A stretch of 64,000 bases of DNA. It comes from Gammaproteobacteria bacterium. Its GTDB lineage: Bacteria > Pseudomonadota > Gammaproteobacteria > Steroidobacterales > Steroidobacteraceae. Below, piece after piece: positions 52,737 through 61,815 of the stretch. The notes under the pieces were generated by a model. The model worked only from the letters and a program-made list of their open reading frames with translations, did no database searches and had not been told where the DNA came from. Position 1 is the first letter of the stretch. Every line of letters starts with the position of its first letter. The position numbers were made by a program, and so were the translations under genes. The stretch covers positions 2,125 to 66,124 of the forward strand of contig DAHUYP010000024.1 of the NCBI GenBank assembly GCA_027315105.1, read 5' to 3'.

Positions 52737-53189
52737 CTAGCCGGCGCCGCCGGCGCCGCCCAGCAGCGACACCAGGTGCTCCACCGCGAGGCGATAGCCG
52801 TCGGTGCCAAGACCGGTGATCAGCCCGGTGGCGGCGGCGGCCAGGATCGACTTGCTGCGCCATGCCTCGCGCCGGTAGAGGTTGCTGATGTGCACTTCGA
52901 CGATCGGGCATTGGCACATCCTCATGGCGTCGAGCACGGCGACGCCGTGGTAGCAGAACGCCGCCGGGTTGATGACGATACCGGCGGCGTCGCGGGCCTG
53001 CTGCAGCCAGGCGACCATCTCGTGCTCGGCGTTGGTCTGCCGCGCCACCAGCTCGATGCGGTGCCGGTCGGTGACCGCGCGGCACTGCGCCTCGACGTCC
53101 GCGAGCGTCTGCCGCCCGTAGAGCTCGGGTTCGCGCTGCCCCAGCAGATTCAGATTGGGGCCGTTGAGCAGGTAGATGCGGGTGGTCAT
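52737..53189 (-). CDS. aroQ: type II 3-dehydroquinate dehydratase family protein (divergent)
   Basis: IYLLNGPNLNLLGQREPELYG..VINPAAF..IVEVHISN. The segments canonical as THTS and HAREEFR.HS read CYHG and YRREAWRSKS. GAGGGA before ATG 53189. Confidence 0.75.
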   Translation of the reverse strand: MTTRIYLLNGPNLNLLGQREPELYGRQTLADVEAQCRAVTDRHRIELVARQTNAEHEMVAWLQQARDAAGIVINPAAFCYHGVAVLDAMRMCQCPIVEVHISNLYRREAWRSKSILAAAATGLITGLGTDGYRLAVEHLVSLLGGAGGAG

Positions 53190-53227
53190 TCATCCCTCGG
53201 GCATTGGGGCGCGACGGCGCGCGGCCG

Positions 53228-53857
53228 TCACGGCGCGGCCTGGCGCAGCGGCTGCGCGTTCAGCACCATGCGCACCAGCTGTGCGAGCGAATGGGCTTCC
53301 ATCTTCTCCATCACGCGGGCGCGGTGGATCTCGACCGTGCGCTGGCTGACGCCGAGGTCGGCGGCGATGACCTTGTTGGGCTTGCCGGCGCACATCAGAT
53401 CGAGCACCTCGCGCTCGCGCGGCGTCAGCGACTCCAGGCGCGTGCGAATGAGGCCGGTCTGCTTGAGCTGCACCCGATTGACCGCATCGCGCTCGAGCGC
53501 GCGCTGCACGCGGTCGATGAGGTCCTGATCGCGAAACGGCTTCTGCAGGAAATCGAAGGCGCCGTGCTGCATGGCCTCGACCGCCATCGGAATGTCGCCG
53601 TGGCCGGTGATGAAGACCACCGGAATGGTCGCACCGCGCAGATTGAGCTGTTCCTGCAGCTCCAGGCCGCTCATGCCGGGCATGCGGATGTCGAGCACCA
53701 GGCAGCCGGGCTGGCGCGCGTCGTAGGTGGGCAGGAATTCCTGTGCCGAGGGGCAGGCCTGGACCGGCAACCCGACCGACTTGAGCAGCAGCCGCAGCGA
53801 ATTGCGCACGGCGTCGTCGTCATCGATCACGAATACGGTGGCTGCAGGTTCCTTCAT
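53228..53857 (-). CDS. fixJ: FixJ-type response regulator
   Basis: REC + LuxR HTH (LTPREREVLDLMCAGKPNKVIAADLGVSQRTVEIHRARVMEKM). Starts 4 nt after the fixL stop. Confidence 0.9.
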   Translation of the reverse strand: MKEPAATVFVIDDDDAVRNSLRLLLKSVGLPVQACPSAQEFLPTYDARQPGCLVLDIRMPGMSGLELQEQLNLRGATIPVVFITGHGDIPMAVEAMQHGAFDFLQKPFRDQDLIDRVQRALERDAVNRVQLKQTGLIRTRLESLTPREREVLDLMCAGKPNKVIAADLGVSQRTVEIHRARVMEKMEAHSLAQLVRMVLNAQPLRQAAP

Positions 53858-53861
53858 TCTG

Positions 53862-55364
53862 CTATCCCTGTTCTGCCGGCAGCATCAGGGTGAAAGTGGC
53901 GCCGCGCGGCCTGTTCGGTTGATAGTCCAGTCTCCCCTGGTGAGCTTCCACAATCGTGCGGCTGATCGCAAGTCCCAGCCCGGTGCCGTTGCTCTTGGTG
54001 GTCGCAAACGGCATGAACAGGCGTGGCAGCAGCTGGTCGGGAACGCCCGGGCCGGTGTCGGCGACCGTGACCAGGATGTCGCCCACGGGATTGCGTTCGG
54101 TGCGGATCACGATTTCGCGCTGCCCGGCCGGCGTGGCGTCGAGCGCGTCGATCGCATTGCGCAGCAGGTTCAGCAGCACCTGCTGGATCTGGATGCGATC
54201 GACGCTCACCCGCGGCAGCTGCACGCCGAGCTCGGAGACGATCCGCACGTCGCTCGCGCGGGCGTCGGCGCGCGACAGCGGACCGAGCTCTTCCACGACC
54301 TCGTTGATGTGGGCGAGCTCGCGGTGGGTCTCGCGGTTGCGCACCAGATTGCGCAGGCGGCGAATGATCTCCCCGGCGCGCAGGGCCTGCGCGGAGATCT
54401 GCTGCAGCGCGTCGGTGACGTCGGCCAGCTCGGGCGTCGGCGCCGCCAGCAGTCGGGCGGCCGCCTGAGCATAGTTGGCGATCGCCGCCAGCGGTTGATT
54501 GAGCTCGTGCGAGATGCCGCTCGCCATCTCGCCCATCGTAGCCAGGCGCGACACGTGCATCATGCGCTCGCGCGCCTCGCGCGCGTCGGTCTCGGCGTGC
54601 CGGCTGTCGGTGACGTCGTCGCCCGAGCACAGGATGCCGGTCGCGACGCCCAGGGCATCCTCGAGCACCACGCAGCGCCAGGCGATGAGCCGCCGTTCGC
54701 CGCTGCGGGTGATGACGGCATACTCGCTGTGGTGCGGCCGGCGCGGCGCGACCTCCACCAGCGCGTCGAATTCGACGACGGCTCTGGTACGCTGCCCTTC
54801 GGGCACCACGGTCTGGAACCAGTCCACGCCGAGCAGCGCGCTCTCCTCGAAGCCCAGGACCTCGCAGCCCTTGCGGTTGACGAGCGTGACGCGGTGATTC
54901 AGGTCGAGGGCGACCAGGATGGTCTGCGCCGCTTCCAGGTACCGATTGGCGCGATCGCGTTCGCGCTGTATCGCGCCCATGGCCTGCTGGCGCAGCGTGG
55001 CGTCGTGCACGAAGCCGACGAAGCGCGGCGGATCGGAGCCGGCGATGCGGCCGACCGACAGGAAGGCCGGAAACACGCTGCCGTCCTTGCGCCGCGCCTG
55101 CACTTCGCGGCCGATGCCGATAACGTGCGCCACCCCGGTGCGCAGGTAGCGCTCCATGTAGGCTTCGTGCTGCTCGCGATCGCGCTCCGTCATCAGGATG
55201 TTGACGTTGCGATTCAGGCTCTCCTTGGCGGTGTAGCCGAACAGGCGCTCCGCCGAGTGGTTGAACAGCTGGATCGCGCCGCGGTGGTCGATGATGATGA
55301 TGGCGTCGGCGGCCGCATCGAGCAGCGCCTGCAGCTCCAGCGACGGTGCGCCCGGAGCGTTCAT
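53862..55364 (-). CDS. fixL: oxygen-sensor histidine kinase FixL-like (heme-PAS + PAS + HisKA + HATPase)
   Basis: NVNILMTERDREQHEAYMERYLRTGVAHVIGIGREVQARRKDGSVFPAFLSVG resembles by eye my recollection of the heme-binding PAS of Bradyrhizobium FixL, including the proximal His position. H-box ISHELNQPLAAI. N/G boxes QVLLNLLRNAIDA, DTGPGV, TTKSNGTGLGL. ATG 55364. Confidence 0.85.
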   Translation of the reverse strand: MNAPGAPSLELQALLDAAADAIIIIDHRGAIQLFNHSAERLFGYTAKESLNRNVNILMTERDREQHEAYMERYLRTGVAHVIGIGREVQARRKDGSVFPAFLSVGRIAGSDPPRFVGFVHDATLRQQAMGAIQRERDRANRYLEAAQTILVALDLNHRVTLVNRKGCEVLGFEESALLGVDWFQTVVPEGQRTRAVVEFDALVEVAPRRPHHSEYAVITRSGERRLIAWRCVVLEDALGVATGILCSGDDVTDSRHAETDAREARERMMHVSRLATMGEMASGISHELNQPLAAIANYAQAAARLLAAPTPELADVTDALQQISAQALRAGEIIRRLRNLVRNRETHRELAHINEVVEELGPLSRADARASDVRIVSELGVQLPRVSVDRIQIQQVLLNLLRNAIDALDATPAGQREIVIRTERNPVGDILVTVADTGPGVPDQLLPRLFMPFATTKSNGTGLGLAISRTIVEAHQGRLDYQPNRPRGATFTLMLPAEQG

Positions 55365-55476
55365 CCCGGGGGGCAGGCGGCCGGCCGCCAGCGGGCCCAA
55401 CGGCCCTGGCCCGCAGGCAAGGGGGACAAGCTTGGATGATCCACGGCGCCTCGATCCACCAGTCGGACGAATTCTT

Positions 55477-55498
55477 GCGCCATGATAAAGCATGGCGC
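55477..55498. repeat. perfect 8-bp inverted repeat, about 115-135 nt upstream of the fixL start
   Basis: GCGCCATG-ATAAAG-CATGGCGC (55477-84 / 55491-98), with an AT-rich spacer in otherwise GC-rich DNA. Could be an operator, or a hairpin terminating the upstream operon. Confidence 0.6.
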
Positions 55499-55641
55499 CG
55501 CGGTGCAGCGCCGGCAATGCGCCGGCGGCGCCGCACTGGCGGTTGCTGCCGGCGTCAGTCGATGGCTGCCGCGAACCGGGCGGGGAGACGGCGCCCTTCG
55601 GGCCGCGAGCCTGCCGGCCGGGGAGGCCGGCCCGGCGAGCC

Positions 55642-55980
55642 TCAGCTCGGCGCGCCCGGGACGTCGCTCGCGCCGACCAGCGGCCGGGGCACGCCGCCCG
55701 CCGCCCGCTGCTGTTGCTCCGCGCGCACTTGCGCGATGCTCAGACCGGTGTTGGCGGCGATCACCGCCAACAGGCGGTGCTGCGCGTCGCGGGGCAATTC
55801 GATCGCATGCAACTGCTCCCAGATGCGAATGCGGGCCTCGGCGGAGTTGAGCGGAGAGGCCTGCTCGGTCAGCGCGTGCCGGCGACGCTCGGCCGCTTCG
55901 GCCTGCTGTCGGGCCAGACGCTCGCGAAAGTCCGCGGTCGGCTCGCCGGCCAACGGCAATTCGCTGCGCCAGGAATTCAT
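55642..55980 (-). CDS. hypothetical protein (112 aa)
   Basis: ATG 55980 overlaps the upstream stop (ATGA). Very high GC3. MNSWRSELPLAGEPTADFRERLARQQAEAAERRRH... is helical. No family recognised. Confidence 0.6.
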   Translation of the reverse strand: MNSWRSELPLAGEPTADFRERLARQQAEAAERRRHALTEQASPLNSAEARIRIWEQLHAIELPRDAQHRLLAVIAANTGLSIAQVRAEQQQRAAGGVPRPLVGASDVPGAPS

Positions 55981-56402
55981 GGCGAGCCCGTCGCGACGAT
56001 GCGGAAACTCAGCTCGATGGGGCAACCCGCGCCGCTGGCGCGATCGCGCGCCCGCGTACCGACGCACTGCAGCTTGGCGCTGAGCGTTCGGCTGCCGCGG
56101 CCGGTGGTGGTGGCGGCGATCTGGGCGACGCTGCCGGTCAGATCGAATTCGCCGTCGCAGTCGGCGCATGGACAGCGAAACCGAAAGAACGCCTGCGCGG
56201 CGGGATAGAACGCGTGCGCCTGCGAGGACGGCGAGACTTCCTTGGGCGCGGCGCCGGTGCAATCGGAGAACGACAGCTCGATGTTGAGCTGCGTGAGCTG
56301 CGGAAAGGCGCTGCGCAACGGCGGCGAGCGATCGCGATCGTATTGCCGCCGGTAGCGGCGCTGCTCATCGAGCGAGGCGTTCTTGCGTACTGCTATCTTC
56401 AT
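55977..56402 (-). CDS. hypothetical Cys-containing protein (141 aa)
   Basis: High GC3 throughout. RFRCPCADCDGEFDL plus distal CVG and GC suggest a metal-binding knuckle. No SD seen before ATG 56402. Confidence 0.6.
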   Translation of the reverse strand: MKIAVRKNASLDEQRRYRRQYDRDRSPPLRSAFPQLTQLNIELSFSDCTGAAPKEVSPSSQAHAFYPAAQAFFRFRCPCADCDGEFDLTGSVAQIAATTTGRGSRTLSAKLQCVGTRARDRASGAGCPIELSFRIVATGSP

Positions 56403-56420
56403 GGACTGGTCATGCCGTGA

Positions 56421-56594
56421 TCAGGGTTTGGACTCGGCCGTCTGCTCCTGCGGCGCGGTCGCCGGCCAGCTCTCGCCCTGGTTGGCGCTCGGGGTCGCGT
56501 CGCGCTGCGTGCGGCGCGCGATCTTCTCGGCGTGGCGCGTCTTGCGCACGAGTTCCTTTTGCTTCTTCTGGTGACGATAATTCGGCTTGGCCAA
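56421..56594 (-). CDS. small Lys/Arg-rich protein (57 aa, TTG start)
   Basis: GGGAGA, then 5 nt, then TTG 56594. (M)AKPNYRHQKKQKELVRKTRHAEKIARRTQRD.. resembles small basic AKPNY..K.Q.EL.KK proteins I recall from many proteobacteria. Confidence 0.45.
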   Translation of the reverse strand: MAKPNYRHQKKQKELVRKTRHAEKIARRTQRDATPSANQGESWPATAPQEQTAESKP

Positions 56595-56779
56595 GTCCGT
56601 CTCCCGCCGGCGTGTTGAGGTGCTCCCGCGCAAGTTGCGGTCGGGAGGAAGCTGCAGCACGGTCTGGCTGCTAACGATAATCAGGCGATTACCCTACCAC
56701 ATCCGGGTCCGCCGCGTTCGGCTTTGTGGCCACGCCGGCGCAGCCGGCGGCTCGCCGCGGTAGCCCCGGCGTCACGGCC

Positions 56780-58693
56780 TCACGGCCGCTGGCCGAGCGC
56801 CTCGAGCTCGGCCCAGCGCGCGTAGCCGGCTTCCAGCTCGTTGCCGATGTCGGCCAGGCGTTGCAGCCGCTCCTGCAGCGCATCCGGCGCGCCTCGATAC
56901 AGGGCGGGATCCGATAGCTCGGTCTCGATGCGGGCTTTCTGCGCCTCGAGGTCCTGCAACCGCTCCGGCAGCGCCGCCAGTTCGCGCTGGTCCTTGTGCG
57001 ACAGCCGGCGCGGGGACGCGGCGGCGGCGGAGCGCGCACGCGGCGCGGGCGGCGGCGGTGCATCCGGCGCCGCGCGGCGGTGCTGCTCGCGCTGCTCGCT
57101 CTGCTGGCGGTAGCGGGCCCAGTCGGAGTAGCCACCGACGAAATCACGCACCACGCCGCCGGGTTCGAACACCAGCAGGCTGGTCACCACGTGATCGAGA
57201 AAGGCGCGATCGTGGCTGACCAGCAGCAGGGTGCCGGGAAATTCAGCGACGAACTCCTCCAGCAGTTCCAGGGTGTCGATGTCCAGGTCGTTGGTCGGCT
57301 CATCCATGACCAGCACGTTGGCCGGCCGCGCGAACAGCCGCGCCAGCAGCAGCCGATTGCGCTCGCCGCCCGACAACGCCCGCACCGGCGTGTGCAGCTG
57401 CTCCGGCCGGAACAGGAACTCACGCAGATAGCCCGAGACGTGGCGGCTTTGACCGTTGACGGTCACCTGGTCATTGCGGCCGCTGACGTTCTGCATCACG
57501 GACTGATCGAGCTCGAGCTGCGCGCGCTCCTGATCGTAGTAGGCGATCTCGAGCCGGCCGCCGATGACCGCGCGGCCGCTGCTGGGCGCGACCTGGCCCA
57601 GCAGCGCCTTGATGAGCGTGCTCTTGCCGGCGCCGTTGGGTCCGACCAGGCCGATGCGATCGCCGCGCATGATGCGGGCCGAGAAATCCCGGATGATGGT
57701 GCGGCCGTCGAACTGCACCCCGAGGCGGTCGGCTTCGAAGACCAGCGCTGCCGATTCGTCGGCCGCGCGCTGCTCGAGCTCGATCCGGCCGCTGCGCTCG
57801 CGGCGCGCGCGGCGCTCGGCGCGCAGCGCCTGCAGCGCGCGCACGCGGCCTTCGTTGCGGGTGCGGCGCGCCTCCACGCCCCTGCGGATCCAGGCCTCCT
57901 CCTGCGCGAGCTTCTTGTCGAACAGCGCCTGTTGCTGGGCCTCGACTTCGAGCTGCCGTGCCTTGGCGCGGGCGTAGCTGTCGTAGTCACCGGCGCTCGC
58001 GCTGAGCCGTCCGCGGTCCAATTCGAGCATGCGGCTCGCCAGCCGGTTGATGAACGCGCGGTCATGGCTCACGAACAGCAGGGCACCGGCGAATTCCAGC
58101 AGGAATTGCTCGAGCCACTCGATGGCGTCGATATCCAGATGATTGGTCGGCTCGTCGAGCAGCAGGATGTCGGGCTCCGAGACCAGCGCCCTGGCGAGCA
58201 GCGCCCGGCGCCGCCAGCCGCCGGACAGCTGCTCGAATCGAGCCCGCGGTTCGAGCCGCAATCGCGACAGCGCCGTGGCCACGCGCCGCTCGAGCTGCCA
58301 GCCGTCGCCGGCGTCGAGCTCGCGGTGCAGCTCGTCGAGCCGCCGGCGCTGCGCCGGGCCATGCTCGCCGAGCGCGGCCAGCAGCTGGTATTCGGCCACC
58401 GCCCGGCCCTGCGCCGGCAATCCGCCGGCGACGATCTGCTCGACGGACTCGCCGTCGAGCGCGGCGATGTCCTGCGCCAGGTGCGCCACGCGCGCGCCCG
58501 GCCGCAGCCACAGCGTGCCGCCATCCGGCTCGATCTCGCCGCGGATCAGGCGCAGCAGCGAGGATTTGCCTTCGCCGTTGCGCCCGACCAGGCACACGCG
58601 TTCGCCCTGGTCGAGCTGCATGGACACCTGATCGAGCAGCGGCCGCGAGCCGAATGCCAACGAAACCCTATCCAGACGCAATAGCAACAGCAC
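56780..58693 (-). CDS. uup: ABC-F family ATPase (Uup-like)
   Basis: Two ABC modules (GRNGEGKSS / GPNGAGKST; LSGGWRRR / LSGGERNR), an inter-domain linker and a C-terminal coiled coil. The start is uncertain. GTG 58693 gives MLLLLRLDRVSLAFG. Confidence 0.85.
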   Translation of the reverse strand: MLLLLRLDRVSLAFGSRPLLDQVSMQLDQGERVCLVGRNGEGKSSLLRLIRGEIEPDGGTLWLRPGARVAHLAQDIAALDGESVEQIVAGGLPAQGRAVAEYQLLAALGEHGPAQRRRLDELHRELDAGDGWQLERRVATALSRLRLEPRARFEQLSGGWRRRALLARALVSEPDILLLDEPTNHLDIDAIEWLEQFLLEFAGALLFVSHDRAFINRLASRMLELDRGRLSASAGDYDSYARAKARQLEVEAQQQALFDKKLAQEEAWIRRGVEARRTRNEGRVRALQALRAERRARRERSGRIELEQRAADESAALVFEADRLGVQFDGRTIIRDFSARIMRGDRIGLVGPNGAGKSTLIKALLGQVAPSSGRAVIGGRLEIAYYDQERAQLELDQSVMQNVSGRNDQVTVNGQSRHVSGYLREFLFRPEQLHTPVRALSGGERNRLLLARLFARPANVLVMDEPTNDLDIDTLELLEEFVAEFPGTLLLVSHDRAFLDHVVTSLLVFEPGGVVRDFVGGYSDWARYRQQSEQREQHRRAAPDAPPPPAPRARSAAAASPRRLSHKDQRELAALPERLQDLEAQKARIETELSDPALYRGAPDALQERLQRLADIGNELEAGYARWAELEALGQRP

Positions 58694-58797
58694 ACCCGCA
58701 ACAAGAGATGACGGCAGGCCCGCGGTCGCGAGCCGAGGCATTGTACCGGCGGCGGCGGCCGTGCGCCGCGCAGCGGCCGCGGCCCGAGCCGCGCGCA

Positions 58798-58890
58798 CTC
58801 CGAGGCGCGCTCCGAGGCGCTATGATCGCCGCCGTCGCCAACGGCGCACGACGGCGCACGACGGCGCGTATCGGCGGGCATCGGCAGGGA
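58798..58890. repeat. cluster of short tandem repeats in the uup / MFS divergent intergenic region
   Basis: CTCCGAGGCGCG/CTCCGAGGCGCT (58798-58821). ACGGCGCACG x2 + ACGGCGCGTA (58841-58870). TCGGCGGGCA/TCGGCAGGGA (58871-58890). Confidence 0.8.
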
Positions 58891-58907
58891 GCAGCGGGGG
58901 AGGCAGC

Positions 58908-60125
58908 ATGTCGAATGGGCAATGGAGCCCGGTACAGCGCGCGGTCGTGGTCGCGAGCTTTCTCGGATGGATGCTCGACGCGTTCGATTTCTTTCTCGTG
59001 GTGTTCGTGCTCAAGCGCATCGCGGGCGAATTCGGCAGCGACGTCAGGAGCGTGACCTGGGCGATCACGCTGACGCTGGCGATGCGGCCGGTGGGCGCGT
59101 TCGTGTTCGGACGCATTGCCGATCGCTTCGGGCGCCGTCCGGCCCTGATGGGCAGCGTGCTGCTGTATTCAGGCATGGAACTGGGATCGGCGTTCGCGCC
59201 GTCGCTGCAGGTGTTCATCGCGCTGCGCGCGCTGTACGGCATCGCCATGGGCGGCGAATGGGGCGTGGGCGCCTCGCTCGCGTTCGAGAGCGTGCCGATC
59301 AGGGCGCGCGGGCTGGTGTCCGGCATCCTGCAGACCGGTTATCCGTGCGGCTACCTGCTGGCGGCGATCGTGTTCGGGCTGCTGTTCGAACGCATCGGCT
59401 GGCGCGGCATGTTCATGCTGGGCGCGGCGCCCGCGCTGCTGGTGCTGTACATCCGCAAGCAGGTGCCGGAATCGCCATCCTGGGCCGCCAGCCGCGCCGA
59501 TCGGGGCAGGCGCAGCCTGCGTGCCGCGCTGAGCGGTCATTGGCCGCTCGCGCTGTACGCCATCCTGCTGATGACGTGCTTCAATTTCTTCAGCCACGGC
59601 ACGCAGGACCTGTATCCGACGCTGCTCGGCTCGCAGCGCGGCTTCGCCAGCGGCACCATCTCCAGGATCGCGATCGTCTACAACGTCGGGGCGATCTGCG
59701 GCGGACTACTGTTCGGCACGCTGTCGAGCCGCATCGGCCGGCGCCGCGCGATCGCGCTGGCCGCAGGGCTGTCGCTGCTGGTGCTGCCGTTCTGGGCCTA
59801 TGCCGCGACTCCCGTGGCCCTGGCACTGGCCGCGTTCGCGATGCAATTCATGGTGCAGGGCGCGTGGGGCGTGGTGCCGGTGCATCTCAACGAGCTGTCG
59901 CCCGAGGGCATCAGGGCGACCTTCCCCGGCGTGGTCTACCAGCTCGGCAATCTGCTGGCCTCGTACAACGCCACGCTGCAGGCGAGCATTGCGGTGGCTC
60001 ACGGCAGTGCCGCGCATCCGGACTACGCATTCGCGGCGGCCCTGGTGTGCGGCATCGTGGCGGTGGTGCTGGCGCTGCTGGCGCTGTTCGGGCCCGAACG
60101 GCGCAATGTGCGCTTTGCAGCATGA
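58908..60125 (+). CDS. MFS transporter
   Basis: GGGGGAGG before ATG 58908. 12 TM pattern and motif [12 protein letters not shown]. Confidence 0.85.
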   Translation: MSNGQWSPVQRAVVVASFLGWMLDAFDFFLVVFVLKRIAGEFGSDVRSVTWAITLTLAMRPVGAFVFGRIADRFGRRPALMGSVLLYSGMELGSAFAPSLQVFIALRALYGIAMGGEWGVGASLAFESVPIRARGLVSGILQTGYPCGYLLAAIVFGLLFERIGWRGMFMLGAAPALLVLYIRKQVPESPSWAASRADRGRRSLRAALSGHWPLALYAILLMTCFNFFSHGTQDLYPTLLGSQRGFASGTISRIAIVYNVGAICGGLLFGTLSSRIGRRRAIALAAGLSLLVLPFWAYAATPVALALAAFAMQFMVQGAWGVVPVHLNELSPEGIRATFPGVVYQLGNLLASYNATLQASIAVAHGSAAHPDYAFAAALVCGIVAVVLALLALFGPERRNVRFAA

Positions 60126-60351
60126 TCGGGTAGACTATCGCCCCGGAGTTTGTCGAATGCGCGGTTCGGTCCGCGCGCCGAGGTTCTTCAGCGTCCTTGC
60201 AAGGCCATCACGGCCGTTCCTCAGGACCCTATCGCCCCTCCTGCAAGCCCATCGCCGTCCGCGCCAGAAGGCCGGACCGATCCAATCCATTGTCGACGCG
60301 CCATACCGATTGGCTGCCCGAAGGGCGGCGAGGCCGTTGCGGAGTATCGAT

Positions 60352-61458
60352 TTGTTCAAGGAATTCTCATTGTGTGAACCGCTGCTGCGGGCGGTCGAGG
60401 AACTCGGCTATACCCAGCCGACGCCGATCCAGGCGCGCGCCATTCCGGTGGTGCTCGAAGGCCGCGACCTGTTGGCCGCGGCGCAGACCGGGACCGGCAA
60501 GACCGCGGCCTTCGCATTGCCGCTGCTCGAGCGGCTGCAGGCCAAGGGCGCGCGCCAGCGCAGCCCGCGGGCTCTGATCCTGGTGCCGACGCGCGAGCTG
60601 GCGGCGCAGGTCAGCGAATCCTGCCGCGCCCTGGCGCGGTACCTGCCGCTGCGCGGCGCGCTGATCTTCGGCGGCGTGAGCGCGAACCCGCAGCTGCAGG
60701 CACTGTCGGCCGGCGTCGATCTGGTGATCGCGACACCCGGGCGACTGCTCGATCACCTGCAGTCGCGGGCGATCGACCTGTCGCAGATCGAACTGCTGGT
60801 GCTCGATGAAGCCGACCGCATGCTCGACATGGGTTTCATCCGCGCCATTCGCCGCATCCTCGCGGCGCTGCCGAAGCAGCGGCAGAGCCTGCTGTTCTCC
60901 GCGACCTTCTCGGAGGAGATCCGCAGCCTCGCCAACGGCATATTGCGCGATCCGGTGACGATCGAAGTCGCGCCGCGCAACGCGCCCCCGGAGCTGGTCG
61001 ACCATCGCGTCTACCACGTCGAAGCCGGCGGCAAGCACTCGCTGCTCTCGAGCCTGCTGGTCGATGGCGACGTGCGGCAATGCCTGGTGTTCACGCGCAC
61101 CAAGCATGGCGCCAATCGCCTGGCCGAGCGCCTGCAGCGCGACGGCCTCGCCTGCGCCGCGATCCACGGCAACAAGTCGCAGGCCGCACGCACGCGCGCG
61201 CTCGACGACTTCAAGCAGGGCCGCATCCGGGTGCTCGTGGCCACCGATATCGCGGCGCGCGGGCTCGACATCAGCGAGCTGCCGCAGGTGGTGAATTTCG
61301 AGCTGCCGCACGTGCCGGAGGATTACGTGCACCGCATCGGCCGTACCGGTCGGGCCGGCGCCAGCGGCGAAGCGATCTCGCTGGTGAGCCGCGAGGAGCG
61401 CGATCGGCTGCGTGCCATCGAACGGCTGCTCGGGCGCACGATCGCAGTCGCGGCCTGA
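60352..61458 (+). CDS. rhlE: DEAD-box ATP-dependent RNA helicase (RhlE-like, short form)
   Basis: Q-motif [40 protein letters not shown]. There is no in-frame ATG. TTG 60352 with GGAG 7 nt upstream gives [12 protein letters not shown]. Only 368 aa, with no basic C-tail. Confidence 0.85.
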   Translation: MFKEFSLCEPLLRAVEELGYTQPTPIQARAIPVVLEGRDLLAAAQTGTGKTAAFALPLLERLQAKGARQRSPRALILVPTRELAAQVSESCRALARYLPLRGALIFGGVSANPQLQALSAGVDLVIATPGRLLDHLQSRAIDLSQIELLVLDEADRMLDMGFIRAIRRILAALPKQRQSLLFSATFSEEIRSLANGILRDPVTIEVAPRNAPPELVDHRVYHVEAGGKHSLLSSLLVDGDVRQCLVFTRTKHGANRLAERLQRDGLACAAIHGNKSQAARTRALDDFKQGRIRVLVATDIAARGLDISELPQVVNFELPHVPEDYVHRIGRTGRAGASGEAISLVSREERDRLRAIERLLGRTIAVAA

Positions 61459-61815
61459 GCCGGAAGCGCGGCGCGGCGCGGCGCAGCGCAGCGATCGGTG
61501 CGCCGCGGCATCGGCGACTGCCCGGCCGAAGCGCTGGTGCGGCGCAATCGCCGTCGAGCCTGCGCCGCCGCTCCACAGCGGTGCGAGCGGCCCCGCCGAT
61601 GCACCAGCACGATGGCGCCACGCGGCGCAGTACGGCAGGACGTTGCGCCGTATCGAGCCGCTGCGCCGGGTGAAAAAAAGATTTGCGTCGACGCGCCCGG
61701 ATCAGTGATATTCGCCGTCGAGACGGATCTCATTCGCATACAGGGAGGCGCCCGGCGCCGCGTGCGCACCGGCAGTGGTCCGCTGGCGGACAGCCGGAGT
61801 CAGGGCACGGCAGTG

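Noticed and set aside
58798-58890. Possible CRISPR-like or minisatellite array.
   Set aside because: The units are only 10-12 bp and directly tandem with no spacers, at 2-3 copies each. No cas genes are present. It is reported only as short tandem repeats.
61456-61458. Programmed TGA read-through or selenocysteine at the rhlE stop, because the frame stays open for about 1 kb.
   Set aside because: No SECIS-like hairpin is evident directly downstream. The following 150-350 nt have low GC3, an AT-rich promoter-like patch and Arg-junk translation. An open frame is expected by chance at this GC content.
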